Assembly (NCBI GenBank): GCA_965242965.1
Contig: OZ251518.1
Span: forward strand, 4,640,001 to 4,704,000
Length of the DNA: 64,000 bases
Origin: Candidatus Poribacteria bacterium
GTDB lineage: Bacteria; Poribacteria; WGA-4E; WGA-3G
Reading direction: 5' to 3'
Shown: piece by piece, positions 38,621-47,916 of the stretch
Numbering within the stretch: position 1 is the first letter of the stretch
How the letters are laid out: every line of letters starts with the position of its first letter
Program-made: the position numbers and the translations under genes
Notes under the pieces: model-generated
Database searches by the model: none
What the model was told of the DNA's origin: nothing
Seen by the model: the letters and a program-made list of their open reading frames with translations, nothing else

Positions 38621-38718
38621 GGAGGCACCCGGCACAACAACCAAAGAAAGGTAGGAGAGACCTCCCGGTCTCGATGCACATCTGCTACGGAGGCACCCGG
38701 CACAACAACCAGAGAAAG
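38621..38718. repeat. 30-bp direct repeat flanking a REP
   Basis: ggaggcacccggcacaacaacca(a/g)agaaag at 38621 and 38689; GTAGGAGAGACC REP between them. Confidence 0.85.
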
Positions 38719-38761
38719 TCCCGTTAAGGAACCTCTTGACATATTTCGGGCGAGACTCAAT

Positions 38762-39175
38762 ATGAAAAAGTTGTCATTACTCCAAGCTTTCACGATGATG
38801 ACGTTATATTTATGCGTTTTCACGACTGCCGGTCCCCAGGTCTTCAGCGATGGCCATGGAGACGCAGGCGATCCGCGAGAGGAAATCGCACTAGTCGCCG
38901 GCTTCGTAGCAGTTGCAGCCTGGAGTTTCGCCGCTGGAGGTGCCATTGCCGCAGGTGCCGCCACAGCACCTGTATGGGTAACTGTCGTCGGTGGCATTGG
39001 TGCTGGCGCGGGGATTATCAGCGCAGGTTGCGCCATCTGGGATCACTTTGATGGTCCCGAGGATAACTGCAACGATTGTGATGGCAGGGGATGCCCAACA
39101 TGCGAGCCACCCGATGACGACGACTGTCCCAATTGTGATGGCAGTGGATGCGACACTTGTAATCCATCGCAGTGA
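38762..39175 (+). CDS. Small secreted Gly/Ala-rich peptide B with two CxxCxGxGCxxC motifs
   Basis: MKK signal-like N-terminus, GDPREEIALV, Gly-zipper-like TM, CNDCDGRGCPTC and CPNCDGSGCDTC. Confidence 0.75.
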   Translation: MKKLSLLQAFTMMTLYLCVFTTAGPQVFSDGHGDAGDPREEIALVAGFVAVAAWSFAAGGAIAAGAATAPVWVTVVGGIGAGAGIISAGCAIWDHFDGPEDNCNDCDGRGCPTCEPPDDDDCPNCDGSGCDTCNPSQ

Positions 39176-39250
39176 AAATGGACAGCGCGCCTATCTCTAT
39201 AAGTCAATCTCCCGATCTTGCGGTTTGCGAATCAAAAACCCTTCCACTTC

Positions 39251-39284
39251 AGCCCCTGGTCTCCGGACCGGGGGCTCTTTTTTT
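39251..39284 (+). terminator. Rho-independent terminator
   Basis: agcccctggtc-tccg-gaccgggggct + T run. Confidence 0.85.
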
Positions 39285-39288
39285 AATT

Positions 39289-39580
39289 CCTACGGGAGCG
39301 GGTGCTCCCGAACTACAGAGGTGAATGTGGTATCTTCTCAGTAGGCGCGCCCTCCCTGTCTTGATGTCCTCCTTGGCTCATTCGGGAGCGGGTGCTCCCG
39401 AACTACAGAGGTAATGTGGTATCTTCTCGGTAGGAGAGACCTCCCGGTCTCAATGCACCCCGTAGGAGAGACCTCCTGGTCTCAATTTCGGTAAGCGCAC
39501 AACCTCCAGGTCGCAATACCTTCTCCCGGTAGGAGAGACCTCCTGGTCTCGATTTCAGTAGGCGTGCCCCCCAGTCTCAA
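39289..39580. repeat. REP cluster
   Basis: CGGGAGCGGGTGCTCCCGAACTAC x2; GTAGGAGAGACC x3. Confidence 0.85.
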
Positions 39581-39690
39581 TATTTTCAATCCCGAACCAT
39601 TATGGCTTCCCAAAAGGTCAGCCGACCGGCATTTTTCGCGCGCAATTTCGGAAAATTGTAGCGCATCACGCATAATTTTGCCCATTCCAT

Positions 39691-39795
39691 CCAAAAATCC
39701 AAAAAAATTTCATAAAAATCCAAAAAATTCCTAAAAAAACGACCTTTTGTTGAATTTTTCTGAACCGTTTCCCGATAACTCCCCCTTTATAGTTA
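39691..39795 (+). promoter_or_regulatory. Phased A-tracts + ECF-type -35 (TGAACC)
   Basis: Five A5-7 tracts at about 10-bp spacing (39691-39740); TGAACC at 39761. Confidence 0.5.
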
Positions 39796-39816
39796 AACCC
39801 AACCGGATTATCGGTT

Positions 39817-40377
39817 ATGAGAGACGATTCAGGAACAACACAGACGGACGAAGAATTGATTCGGCTAGTTCAAGCCAGGGACGAGATAGCACTTGGGCAA
39901 CTGATAGGACGATATGATCAGGATATATGGCCCATGATTCTCGCGAGGTCCCGTGACGTTAGAGATGCCGAAGAAATACGCTCCAACACATGGATAGCGG
40001 TGTGGGAAAATATCCACCGTTTGCGGAATGTGCGCAGTTTCCGCGCGTGGTTGTGGAAGATTGCTTACAACGCGTGCGATCGATTTTACGCCACTCGTTT
40101 CCATACGATGGGCGAAATCCCCGAGGAGGTTGATGTCCTCGCGGCACGCCTAGTCGAGGAGGCAGAAATCCGCTATCGCGAAGCACAGCGGAGAGCGGAT
40201 GTGCGAGAAGCCGTTCGCAATCTGCCTGAGAAGTTGCGCGACGTGGCTGTGTTGCGTTTTTTGAAACAGTGGAACATCGCCGAGATTGCTGAAGGACTTG
40301 ATATGCCTGAGGGCACTGTCAAGCGCAAATGTAGCGAAGCTCGGGCGATTCTCCGCGAAACCCTCAAACCTGACTAG
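39817..40377 (+). CDS. ECF sigma-70 family sigma factor
   Basis: DEELI, DAEEI...W, SFRAWLWKIA.N, LPEK.R, EIAE.L..PEGTVK. Confidence 0.9.
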   Translation: MRDDSGTTQTDEELIRLVQARDEIALGQLIGRYDQDIWPMILARSRDVRDAEEIRSNTWIAVWENIHRLRNVRSFRAWLWKIAYNACDRFYATRFHTMGEIPEEVDVLAARLVEEAEIRYREAQRRADVREAVRNLPEKLRDVAVLRFLKQWNIAEIAEGLDMPEGTVKRKCSEARAILRETLKPD

Positions 40378-40485
40378 GACTTCTAAACCACCAGTGATGG
40401 TTCGGTTGGATGTGTGTTTAGCAAATAGGTGACTTAGGCAACTCAACGTTTTTGGGCGGCAAGAAAGTTACCTCATTTTTCCAAG

Positions 40486-40506
40486 TTTCCATCACCGTGA
40501 TGGAAA
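40486..40506. promoter_or_regulatory. Perfect palindrome (candidate operator)
   Basis: TTTCCATCAC-C-GTGATGGAAA. Confidence 0.55.
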
Positions 40507-40537
40507 AACCAATTTAACCAAAAAAGGAGAATTTAGA

Positions 40538-40927
40538 ATGCGTAATCAGTTAATGCTCACTGCGTTGATTGTGCTGCTTGCCTTTGCACTTTCTTCGCCG
40601 ACTGCGACTTTTTCCGCTATGACACATTGTTCGGACTGTGGAGCGGAAGCGCACCATAACCCCGCGGATTGCGTCAGATACGAACACGCATCCGATTGTC
40701 CGTGTGCCAGTTGTGCCGACAGCGACGCGGACGCACCATCGGTTATTGACAATTTCCTTGTCCCGCTCAGTAACGAGCTGCCGTTTACCGATGCCATGAG
40801 AGGTTTCCTGGAAATATGTACCTACCACTGGAATGATTTCTGGAGTGGCGTTTCCGAGATAGCAAGCAGATCCTCGAGTACGCCCGACCCCCGGACACCC
40901 TCCCAGCGGGTAAACCATCAGTACTAA
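40538..40927 (+). CDS. Small secreted Cys/His-rich protein
   Basis: Sec-pathway signal peptide; HCSDC..HH...C...H..DCPCASC; SD aaggag. Confidence 0.75.
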   Translation: MRNQLMLTALIVLLAFALSSPTATFSAMTHCSDCGAEAHHNPADCVRYEHASDCPCASCADSDADAPSVIDNFLVPLSNELPFTDAMRGFLEICTYHWNDFWSGVSEIASRSSSTPDPRTPSQRVNHQY

Positions 40928-40935
40928 ACGGCACC

Positions 40936-40979
40936 AAAAAACGCGCGCGGCCCGTATTCCGGTCGCGCGCGTTTTTTTT
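40936..40979. terminator. Bidirectional terminator
   Basis: AAAAAACGCGCGCGGCC...GGTCGCGCGCGTTTTTT. Confidence 0.85.
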
Positions 40980-41244
40980 ACATGTTCGTGAAAACTACGA
41001 ACAAATAGAGCCAAACCAGCAGAACCACCGGTGCAGCGAGGTGAATCCAGAAATTATCGGGAAACCATCCTCTTTGCAACATCCATGAGAGGCAGCACCA
41101 ACTCAGCAAAAGACCTCCAAAGAACCGAAAATCCTTTGCTTTGCCACCGTGCCACATAATTATCCCAACGAGTAGCAACGTCAAAGCGACATCAAACACC
41201 CTTTCCAATGTACGCTTAGACCTCGTCAAAAATCTAAATTTCAT
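40978..41244 (-). CDS. Small 3-TM membrane protein
   Basis: Three hydrophobic segments, SD aaggag. Confidence 0.65.
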   Translation of the reverse strand: MKFRFLTRSKRTLERVFDVALTLLLVGIIMWHGGKAKDFRFFGGLLLSWCCLSWMLQRGWFPDNFWIHLAAPVVLLVWLYLFVVFTNM

Positions 41245-42068
41245 TAGAAACTCCTTATTATGGAAAAGAGTCTAAACCTACCAGCAGACTGCCTACCAAC
41301 ACACCGGGATCCCTATTGACAACCGATGCACACCGCGGAATCGAAATCGTCTGCTTCAATTCGACTAGGCTTCTCTTTTAATGAGGACAAGATTTCATGA
41401 AAAGGTTCAAGAAAATGCAAAATTTCTAGATGCAGGTGGAAATTTCTAGAACGCGAAATTAACCATGTGAGGATAAGGAGAAGGGTGCCGAAGGCAACCG
41501 TTTATTTCCTATGTCACAAAATATGTGATGGACAGCAACGTGGAAAACGTGCTGAGCCCTACCAAGAAACGGAAAAGGCGATGAACCCAGCGCGCCTTGC
41601 TAGACATTGAAGCATGTTTTCTGAAGTGATAAACTGCAAGCATCCCCATCCACATTCCTAATCTTGTATGCCATCCCCGAGGATATGACTGACGACATCG
41701 CTAGAGTCGGCAGTAAACTTTCCTGTAACGAGTAGCAGGCCGCCTAGTAGCGAAAACATGGGAGGGCTCAAGGGCGACGCGATGAAGTCGTGGAACTGGC
41801 TTATCACTTTCACAGTCTTATACCAAAACCGTGGCTCATGCCCGTAGGGCGCGGGCCTGTCCCTCGCCATGCCACAGAGATCGCGGTGGACAGGCCCCGT
41901 GCTACGGGTCAAGGCAGTTCTAACACAAGCCACGTGCGGAAAAATAACCTGATTATTTCTCAAACTTCGGGCGAGCCCGAACAGATCAAGATTAGGCAAA
42001 CTCCACCTACAGAACTACACGAACCGGCCTTTGTAGTTGAGCAGATTTCCGTATCCGCCCATTATCCG

Positions 42069-42962
42069 CTAAGCATGCCGCGGCCCCATCGCATACGCAG
42101 GTTTCTCACCGAACTGCTCAATGAGCCACCCACGCAACGGCACATCCTCCTCCGTAGGCACATAACGCCCGTTGTTCCGCACGGCGGCACCGAGCAACTG
42201 CCGACGAATCGGGTCGCACCGTTCATAAAGGGGTTCCACCGTCATCTCGTCTTTCGGACGAATCCACCGATACCCGTAGCCGTAGAAGAGTGCCTTCCGG
42301 GTCAGCAGCGAATGGTTCGGGCTGCGCGAATGCCAGAGTCGTCTGTCAAACAGCACGGCGGTCCCTGGCTCTACACAGACTGGCATCGCATCTTTGGGAA
42401 CGTCATCAGCGGTTTGCTCGCGCGGGTCGCGGCTGATCTCGTTCTCTGGCACCGGCATATCGGAAAGGTGACTGCCGGGACGGATATAAAAATTGCCGCG
42501 GCCTGGTTCAGAAACATCGGTGAGGAAATATGCCACCTTCAGCGACAAGCGCGGGCGTGGCGTAGTTTCCAACTCAAGGTTCACGCGGCCGCTGTCTTGA
42601 TGCCATTCCAGCCAGCCTTCCCCCTCTTTCGCATCGGGCGGCGCGGGCGGTTTGACGTGCATGTGCGCGTGGTAGAGATAGATATTCCACCCCAAAATAC
42701 CCCAAACTTTGGGCAATGTCCGCGGCCAGTCAATGAGATCTAAGAGCGCGTCGTCTTCTCTTAAAAAATCTGACCAGCCCCAAGGACTACCGGGCGTGGC
42801 TCTGCCAGCGGCGAGTGCCTTGTTGTGCAGGGTATCCACGGCGTGCGTTAACTGCCCCACCATCTCCGGCGGTAAGGCATTCGGCACATAGAGGTATCCC
42901 TGTTCTTCAAAGTGAGTCTTCTCTTCTTCGGTAAGTAGGTGCGCAAGACATTCTCCGTTCAT
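42069..42962 (-). CDS. PhyH family dioxygenase
   Basis: FEEQGYL, WHQD, LKVAYFLTD, PGSH, FDRRLWHS. Confidence 0.9.
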   Translation of the reverse strand: MNGECLAHLLTEEEKTHFEEQGYLYVPNALPPEMVGQLTHAVDTLHNKALAAGRATPGSPWGWSDFLREDDALLDLIDWPRTLPKVWGILGWNIYLYHAHMHVKPPAPPDAKEGEGWLEWHQDSGRVNLELETTPRPRLSLKVAYFLTDVSEPGRGNFYIRPGSHLSDMPVPENEISRDPREQTADDVPKDAMPVCVEPGTAVLFDRRLWHSRSPNHSLLTRKALFYGYGYRWIRPKDEMTVEPLYERCDPIRRQLLGAAVRNNGRYVPTEEDVPLRGWLIEQFGEKPAYAMGPRHA

Positions 42963-43203
42963 GGTGTTTTCTCCTTGTCAACGCGCTAGCGTCTAATACC
43001 AAATTAATCTGATTCGCATCTGTAGGACAAAACCGCCTGGTCTTGTCCTGTTTGAGACGGCAATCGTATCTGTAGGGCAAGACCGCCTGGTCTTGTCTTT
43101 TTTGAGAGCGGGCGCTCTCAAACTACAAATGGGGAGAACTGAATCGCTCTGGCTATGCGGACGTGGTTGAAAACCGCGCCTACCAGTTGAATAAAAACGC
43201 AGC

Positions 43204-44067
43204 TTATCGGACATACTGCGCGAGGAATTCGCGGGAACGGCGGAGTCCATCAGACTCTGACTCCCATGTGCGCCAGTAGCGATAATCTTCAAGTTCAACG
43301 CTGACGATACCGTCAAAACCCTCGTCTTCCAAGCGTTGCACGACTTTCAGCCAATCCACGATGCCATCGCCGGGAATGGTATACCGCCACCAATCTTCGC
43401 CGAAGCCGCGGGCATTCCCGAAACTCGGTCCCAGATTGCCGTGCAGATAGAGTGCCTCTTCGTCAAATACGGTATCCTTACCGTGGACGTGTTTGACGTA
43501 GGGTGCGAATTCGTGCAGGGCCCGCAGGTAGTCAATGCCGATGCGGACAAGATGCGAGGGATCGTAATTGAGCCCCAGCCCTGGCGAATCGCATTCGGCG
43601 AACATCGCGCGCCACATCTCCGGGGTGCAGCCGAGCGCGGGATAGGCAGGCCCAGGTCCGGGCCATCCCTCTACGGCGATAGTGACCCCGTTGTCTGCGG
43701 CGAATTCAGCGATCGGCGGGATAGTCTCCTTCCAAATCTCAAAGTTTTTGGCGCGGCCGAGGCTGGCATCCTCCGGCACAAAGACGCAGAACATGATATG
43801 CACGTCGTTGTCTGCAGCGGCTTGGATAGCGGCTTTCGCGGCGGCGGCTCCCGCTTTCTGTTTCGACTTTTTCGCGCTGAGGAGCTCTCTCATCCCCGGC
43901 AAATCCGCGGAACCGATGGCGAGCCCTGCAGCCCGCGCGGTGTTGACAATTTCAGGGGTGACTTCTCCAATATCGACGGCTTCAAACCCGTTATCGGCGC
44001 ACCACCGACAGAAATCGGCGAAGGGCAATTGGCGGGCTGTGCCGGGAATACGTAGTCCTATTTTCAT
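43204..44067 (-). CDS. Sugar phosphate isomerase/epimerase (xylose isomerase-like TIM barrel)
   Basis: IAVEGWP, GLNYDPSH, HVHGKD, PGDG.VDW, SVELED. Confidence 0.88.
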   Translation of the reverse strand: MKIGLRIPGTARQLPFADFCRWCADNGFEAVDIGEVTPEIVNTARAAGLAIGSADLPGMRELLSAKKSKQKAGAAAAKAAIQAAADNDVHIMFCVFVPEDASLGRAKNFEIWKETIPPIAEFAADNGVTIAVEGWPGPGPAYPALGCTPEMWRAMFAECDSPGLGLNYDPSHLVRIGIDYLRALHEFAPYVKHVHGKDTVFDEEALYLHGNLGPSFGNARGFGEDWWRYTIPGDGIVDWLKVVQRLEDEGFDGIVSVELEDYRYWRTWESESDGLRRSREFLAQYVR

Positions 44068-44133
44068 AAATTTTTCCTTCTGGTTAGGTGAGCGGAAACT
44101 ATAGAAATCCGCCCTTGCAAACGTTCGGTAAAC

Positions 44134-44353
44134 GGCGAGGGACAGGCCCTCGCGCAGCCTATAGGAGAGACCTCCCGGTCTCGACAGAATCGCAGCATGG
44201 CGAGGGACAGGCCCTCGCGCAGCCCGTAGGAGAGACCTCCCGGTCTCGACAGAATCTCGGCATGGCGAGGGACAGGCCCTCGCGTCCCCCGTAGGAGAGA
44301 CCTCCCGGTCTCGACAGAGGCGCGGCATGGCGAGGGACAGGCCCTCGCCCTAC
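44134..44353. repeat. Tandem array of alternating REP units
   Basis: GGCGAGGGACAGGCCCTCGC x4 alternating with (G/A)TAGGAGAGACCTCCCGGTCTCGACAGA x3. Confidence 0.9.
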
Positions 44354-44414
44354 AGTATGGGAGGCGGTTACGACAGTATCGGAGACGGTTGCGACAGTAT
44401 GGGAGACGGTTACG
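44352..44414. repeat. 21-bp minisatellite x3
   Basis: acagtat(g/c)ggag(g/a)cggtt(a/g)cg. Confidence 0.85.
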
Positions 44415-44426
44415 GTGATTGGTGGA

Positions 44427-45647
44427 CTAAAATCCCATCAACCCGCAGCAACGACGGCAGACCGGCATGGGGCCATCTCCACTGATAGACTGCCGAAACT
44501 TGAGTGCCTTTTCGTTATTCCACATATCGGCAACCGAGTCGGTTTTGATATTGCCGATGATGTAATCGTGGTAATCGCGGCAGAGACTCACGTCGCCGTT
44601 ACTATCGATCTCCATCGTCATATAGATGCTGACGCATTGGTTATACCCGAAGGTTTGCCCATGGTCTGTGTAGTAACGTTGGATTTCGCCGCGCGTGTTG
44701 AGTCTCGGCATCATCACCGGTGGGCACCGTTTCTGTTCGTCGGAGATAGCTTCCATCTCCTCAAACTTGTCCATGATGACACCGTGGTCAAAATCCTTCC
44801 AAGTGCCGATCCAGCCGTAGTGTGTCTGCGGCTTGAAACCAAACCGTTTCTCAAACTCCTCGGTGTGTTCCTGCGCGGACTGCGAGTCGATCCACCAGGT
44901 CAGATAGAAAATCTGCGCGTCGGCATATTGGCTGGTGAATTTGTAAAGATCCACCACGACATCAATGTTATACATCGTCACGCAGCTGAGTGGTATGATA
45001 TATGGGAAGGCTACCTGTCGGCGTTCCTTCTCCGCGTTCAGCGTTTCCAGGGCGGCTTTGACATCCTTGAAGTTGTCATATTTCGCGGAAACCCCGGGGC
45101 GCTGCGTGTTGTGGATTTCCTCGTTCGGGCCGTCAACGCTGAGGTAGACAATTTTGCAAGTCTCCAAAATATCGTCCGCGCGTTTAGCGATGTTGGTGGC
45201 GTTGCTCACGAGGGAAATCGGCATCCCCTTGTCCTTGATGTAGTGGAGCAGCTCAATTAGCCCGGGGTAGAGCATCGGTTCGCCGCCCCAGATATACCAG
45301 ACTGGAGACCAGCCCCTGTCTACGACCTGGTCTACGAGGTTTTTATAGGTTTCAACGGGCACTTCGCGTGCTTTCAGGTCTTTGAGCGACTGCCCGAGAA
45401 GATAACCGTTGTCTCCCCACTGCCCACAGGAGTGACAGCGGAGGTTACACATATCTGTAATGCGGAGGCTGACGAGTTGCAGCGCGTCGCCTCTGCCGTG
45501 CTTTGCGCCAAGTGGGTGTCGCAGATTGAAACTCTCCTTTGCCATCTGGTATCGAATGAACTTGGTGGAAGTCGCCCAATCCTGCGAGAGCGAGGTGGCA
45601 AGTTCATTGACAAGGAACCGCGACGAGATTCGACTTCGTAGTGCCAT
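44427..45647 (-). CDS. Radical SAM protein with SPASM/twitch domain
   Basis: CNLRCHSC, GGEP, C...GDVSLC..IGNI..MWN..CRRCC. Confidence 0.9.
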   Translation of the reverse strand: MALRSRISSRFLVNELATSLSQDWATSTKFIRYQMAKESFNLRHPLGAKHGRGDALQLVSLRITDMCNLRCHSCGQWGDNGYLLGQSLKDLKAREVPVETYKNLVDQVVDRGWSPVWYIWGGEPMLYPGLIELLHYIKDKGMPISLVSNATNIAKRADDILETCKIVYLSVDGPNEEIHNTQRPGVSAKYDNFKDVKAALETLNAEKERRQVAFPYIIPLSCVTMYNIDVVVDLYKFTSQYADAQIFYLTWWIDSQSAQEHTEEFEKRFGFKPQTHYGWIGTWKDFDHGVIMDKFEEMEAISDEQKRCPPVMMPRLNTRGEIQRYYTDHGQTFGYNQCVSIYMTMEIDSNGDVSLCRDYHDYIIGNIKTDSVADMWNNEKALKFRQSISGDGPMPVCRRCCGLMGF

Positions 45648-45667
45648 TAATTCTCCTTTCTTGAAAT

Positions 45668-46116
45668 TTGCGCGCGGTTTCAACCCGCGCCTATTCGGTA
45701 TTTATTCCCCCTTGGGGAGCGGGCATCGAGACCGGGAGGTCTCTCCTAACGGCGCGCGGTGCCAGGCCCCCGCGTTACGATAAAAAACGCCCCCTCACCG
45801 TAGGGCGAGGGCCTGTCCCTCGCCATCGCTCGCGCGCCAGACCCTGTAGGTCAAAATCGCCTGATTCTGACCTGTTTGTGATCAGGCGATCACAAACTAC
45901 AGAAGGGGAAACACACATCGTGACGATAGAGATCGCGGGGGACAGGCCCCCGCGCTACGGGGAAAAAACGCCACCCCCTCACCGTAGGGCGAGGGCCTGT
46001 CCCTCGCCATCGCTCGCGTAATCCAACACTCGCGGGGGACAGGCCCCCGCGCTACGGGAACATCGAGACCAGGAGGTCTCTCCTACCGGGAAAACATCGA
46101 GATATGAAACACCCTC
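45668..46116. mobile_element. One-ended MITE/REP composite
   Basis: REP units; terminus CATCGAGATATGAAACACCCTC ends at 46116; other end not found. Confidence 0.7.
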
Positions 46117-46122
46117 ATCTAA

Positions 46123-46536
46123 TTAGGAATTGTCCTCCGCCGCGACGAGCGTGAGTGCCGCCGAATTCAGGCAGTAGCGTTTGCCGGTTGGCGGCGGGCC
46201 GTCATTGAAAACATGGCCGAGGTGCGCGTCACAGCGGCTACAGATGACTTCGGTGCGCGGCATGAAAAAGATGCTCAGATCGCGCTTCATCTCAACGCTT
46301 TCGTCAGAAACCGCCTCCGAAAAACTGGGCCAGCCGGTTCCCGAATCGTATTTCGTATCCGAAGCAAAGAGTGGACTGCCGCAGCAGACACAATGATAGG
46401 TGCCCTGCTCTTTGCAATCGTGATATTTCCCGGTGAAGGCGCGCTCTGTTCCTTTCTTCCGGGTTACCTTGTATTCTTCGGGTGTGAGCTGCTGTCGCCA
46501 CTCTTCATCCGATTTCATCACTTTTTCTAAAGCCAT
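46123..46536 (-). CDS. msrB: Peptide-methionine (R)-S-oxide reductase
   Basis: GTERAFTG, SGTGWPSF, RTEV.C..C..HLGHVF.DGP.PTG.RYCLNS. Confidence 0.97.
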   Translation of the reverse strand: MALEKVMKSDEEWRQQLTPEEYKVTRKKGTERAFTGKYHDCKEQGTYHCVCCGSPLFASDTKYDSGTGWPSFSEAVSDESVEMKRDLSIFFMPRTEVICSRCDAHLGHVFNDGPPPTGKRYCLNSAALTLVAAEDNS

Positions 46537-46687
46537 GACTGACTCCTCTGACGAACCGGGCACACGCGTACGCTCGGCTCTCTATTTCTTTTGGATATCG
46601 GTATTATACTACATTTTCCAAAAAAAATCAAATAACACAGGATAGACGCACGTGCTCTCCTTGTGTCCATTTCCGCTTGCCGTGCGG

Positions 46688-47887
46688 CTATTTTTTCTTC
46701 GCTACCCCTAAAACCCGACATGTTGTGGCGGAGAGGATCTCGTATCGCACGCCGCCCCACACAATCTTGCGTTGGAAGATGGCATACAGCGCGTTGAGCC
46801 CGGCGAGGAACATCGAAAAAGAGGTGACGTAGGAACTCATCCGAATGGTGTCTCGCATCTTCGGCATTTCTAACAGCCAATGCGGCAGGTTCCGGCAGAA
46901 GACACGGTAACTCGCCGCCTCAAGGAACGGAATAAACGCAACCGGTAGGAGTTCTGTCCGATGAAATAGGAACGGAATCGTGCCGAAAACCAGCACTGCT
47001 TTCGGGAGAAAAATGATGAGGCTTGCAAGCCATTGTGCCCAAAGTCCCATGTGAAGCGTCATAATCATCTGCCGGTTCGTAAATTCGACTATCTGATGCC
47101 ACGTGCGGTTTGCCGTGCGGGTGATGGCCACGCAGTCTGGAACGAAATGCACCTTCAGTTTCACGTCTCTGACCGCGCGGGTAGTATTCAGATCTTCGAT
47201 TGTGGCGTTCTCCCAGCGTTTCAGAATCTGCGCTCTCTCAAGCATCTCGCGGCGGAAAGCGTTAGAACCACCCCACACCATGGATAGCCCGTGGTCTCCT
47301 TGCAAACCCATCTGGAAATTTACCCAGATTGCTTCGACGAGCGATGCCAAATTCCAAGTTTGCGGCGCATAGAACCTGCCGCCCACGGTCGCGCCGATTT
47401 CCGCCTCTTGCAGCGGCGTAACCAGCAGCCGCAGCCAATCTTCACGGATAGCCACGTCCGCATCAACGAAGGCGATAATTTCCACATCATCGGGGAGTCT
47501 TTCAATGACGCTCATCAGGTTCTGCACTTTTTGTGAACGTGGCAGGCTGTTGTCAATAATGTTCGGTGCTAACACGACATGCGCGTTCGGCGTGCTTTCG
47601 GCAATCTGCTGCAACAGCGGATAGGAGACATCATACCCGGTTTCGCCTTTTTGATGTGTTACAAAGAAGATGTCGTGCTCGCCGGCGTAGTCCTGATGGA
47701 GGAGCCCTTTGACATGCTCAGCTGTATCCTCATCCCATCCGTAGTGCGGCGCGATGACTGCAACCTTGGGTGTCCAATCCGGTCTGTCCGTTTTCCGCTC
47801 CCGGCGCGAATACAGGAAAGAGCCGCCGATCATCAGCAATTCAAGGATAAAGAAAAAATAGGCGGTGCCAATAATGTAGGTGTGCAT
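46688..47887 (-). CDS. GT2/GT21 ceramide glucosyltransferase-like (HpnI-like)
   Basis: SQKVQNL, FVDAD, WGGS, ED, RQ, I.WGGVRY. Confidence 0.8.
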   Translation of the reverse strand: MHTYIIGTAYFFFILELLMIGGSFLYSRRERKTDRPDWTPKVAVIAPHYGWDEDTAEHVKGLLHQDYAGEHDIFFVTHQKGETGYDVSYPLLQQIAESTPNAHVVLAPNIIDNSLPRSQKVQNLMSVIERLPDDVEIIAFVDADVAIREDWLRLLVTPLQEAEIGATVGGRFYAPQTWNLASLVEAIWVNFQMGLQGDHGLSMVWGGSNAFRREMLERAQILKRWENATIEDLNTTRAVRDVKLKVHFVPDCVAITRTANRTWHQIVEFTNRQMIMTLHMGLWAQWLASLIIFLPKAVLVFGTIPFLFHRTELLPVAFIPFLEAASYRVFCRNLPHWLLEMPKMRDTIRMSSYVTSFSMFLAGLNALYAIFQRKIVWGGVRYEILSATTCRVLGVAKKK

Positions 47888-47916
47888 GTTACGTTTAGCG
47901 TGCGCGCTGCCAAAAA

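Noticed and set aside
41250-41800. AT-richer intergenic stretch with AAATTTCTAGA twice
   Set aside because: Possibly a decayed gene or binding site, but no interpretable ORF or structure can be supported.
41790-45260. Long + strand ORFs 41790-42743, 43336-44055, 44415-45260 (also 55179-56105, 62588-63370 and minus-strand 32473-33408)
   Set aside because: Antisense shadows of well-supported genes, with no motifs of their own.
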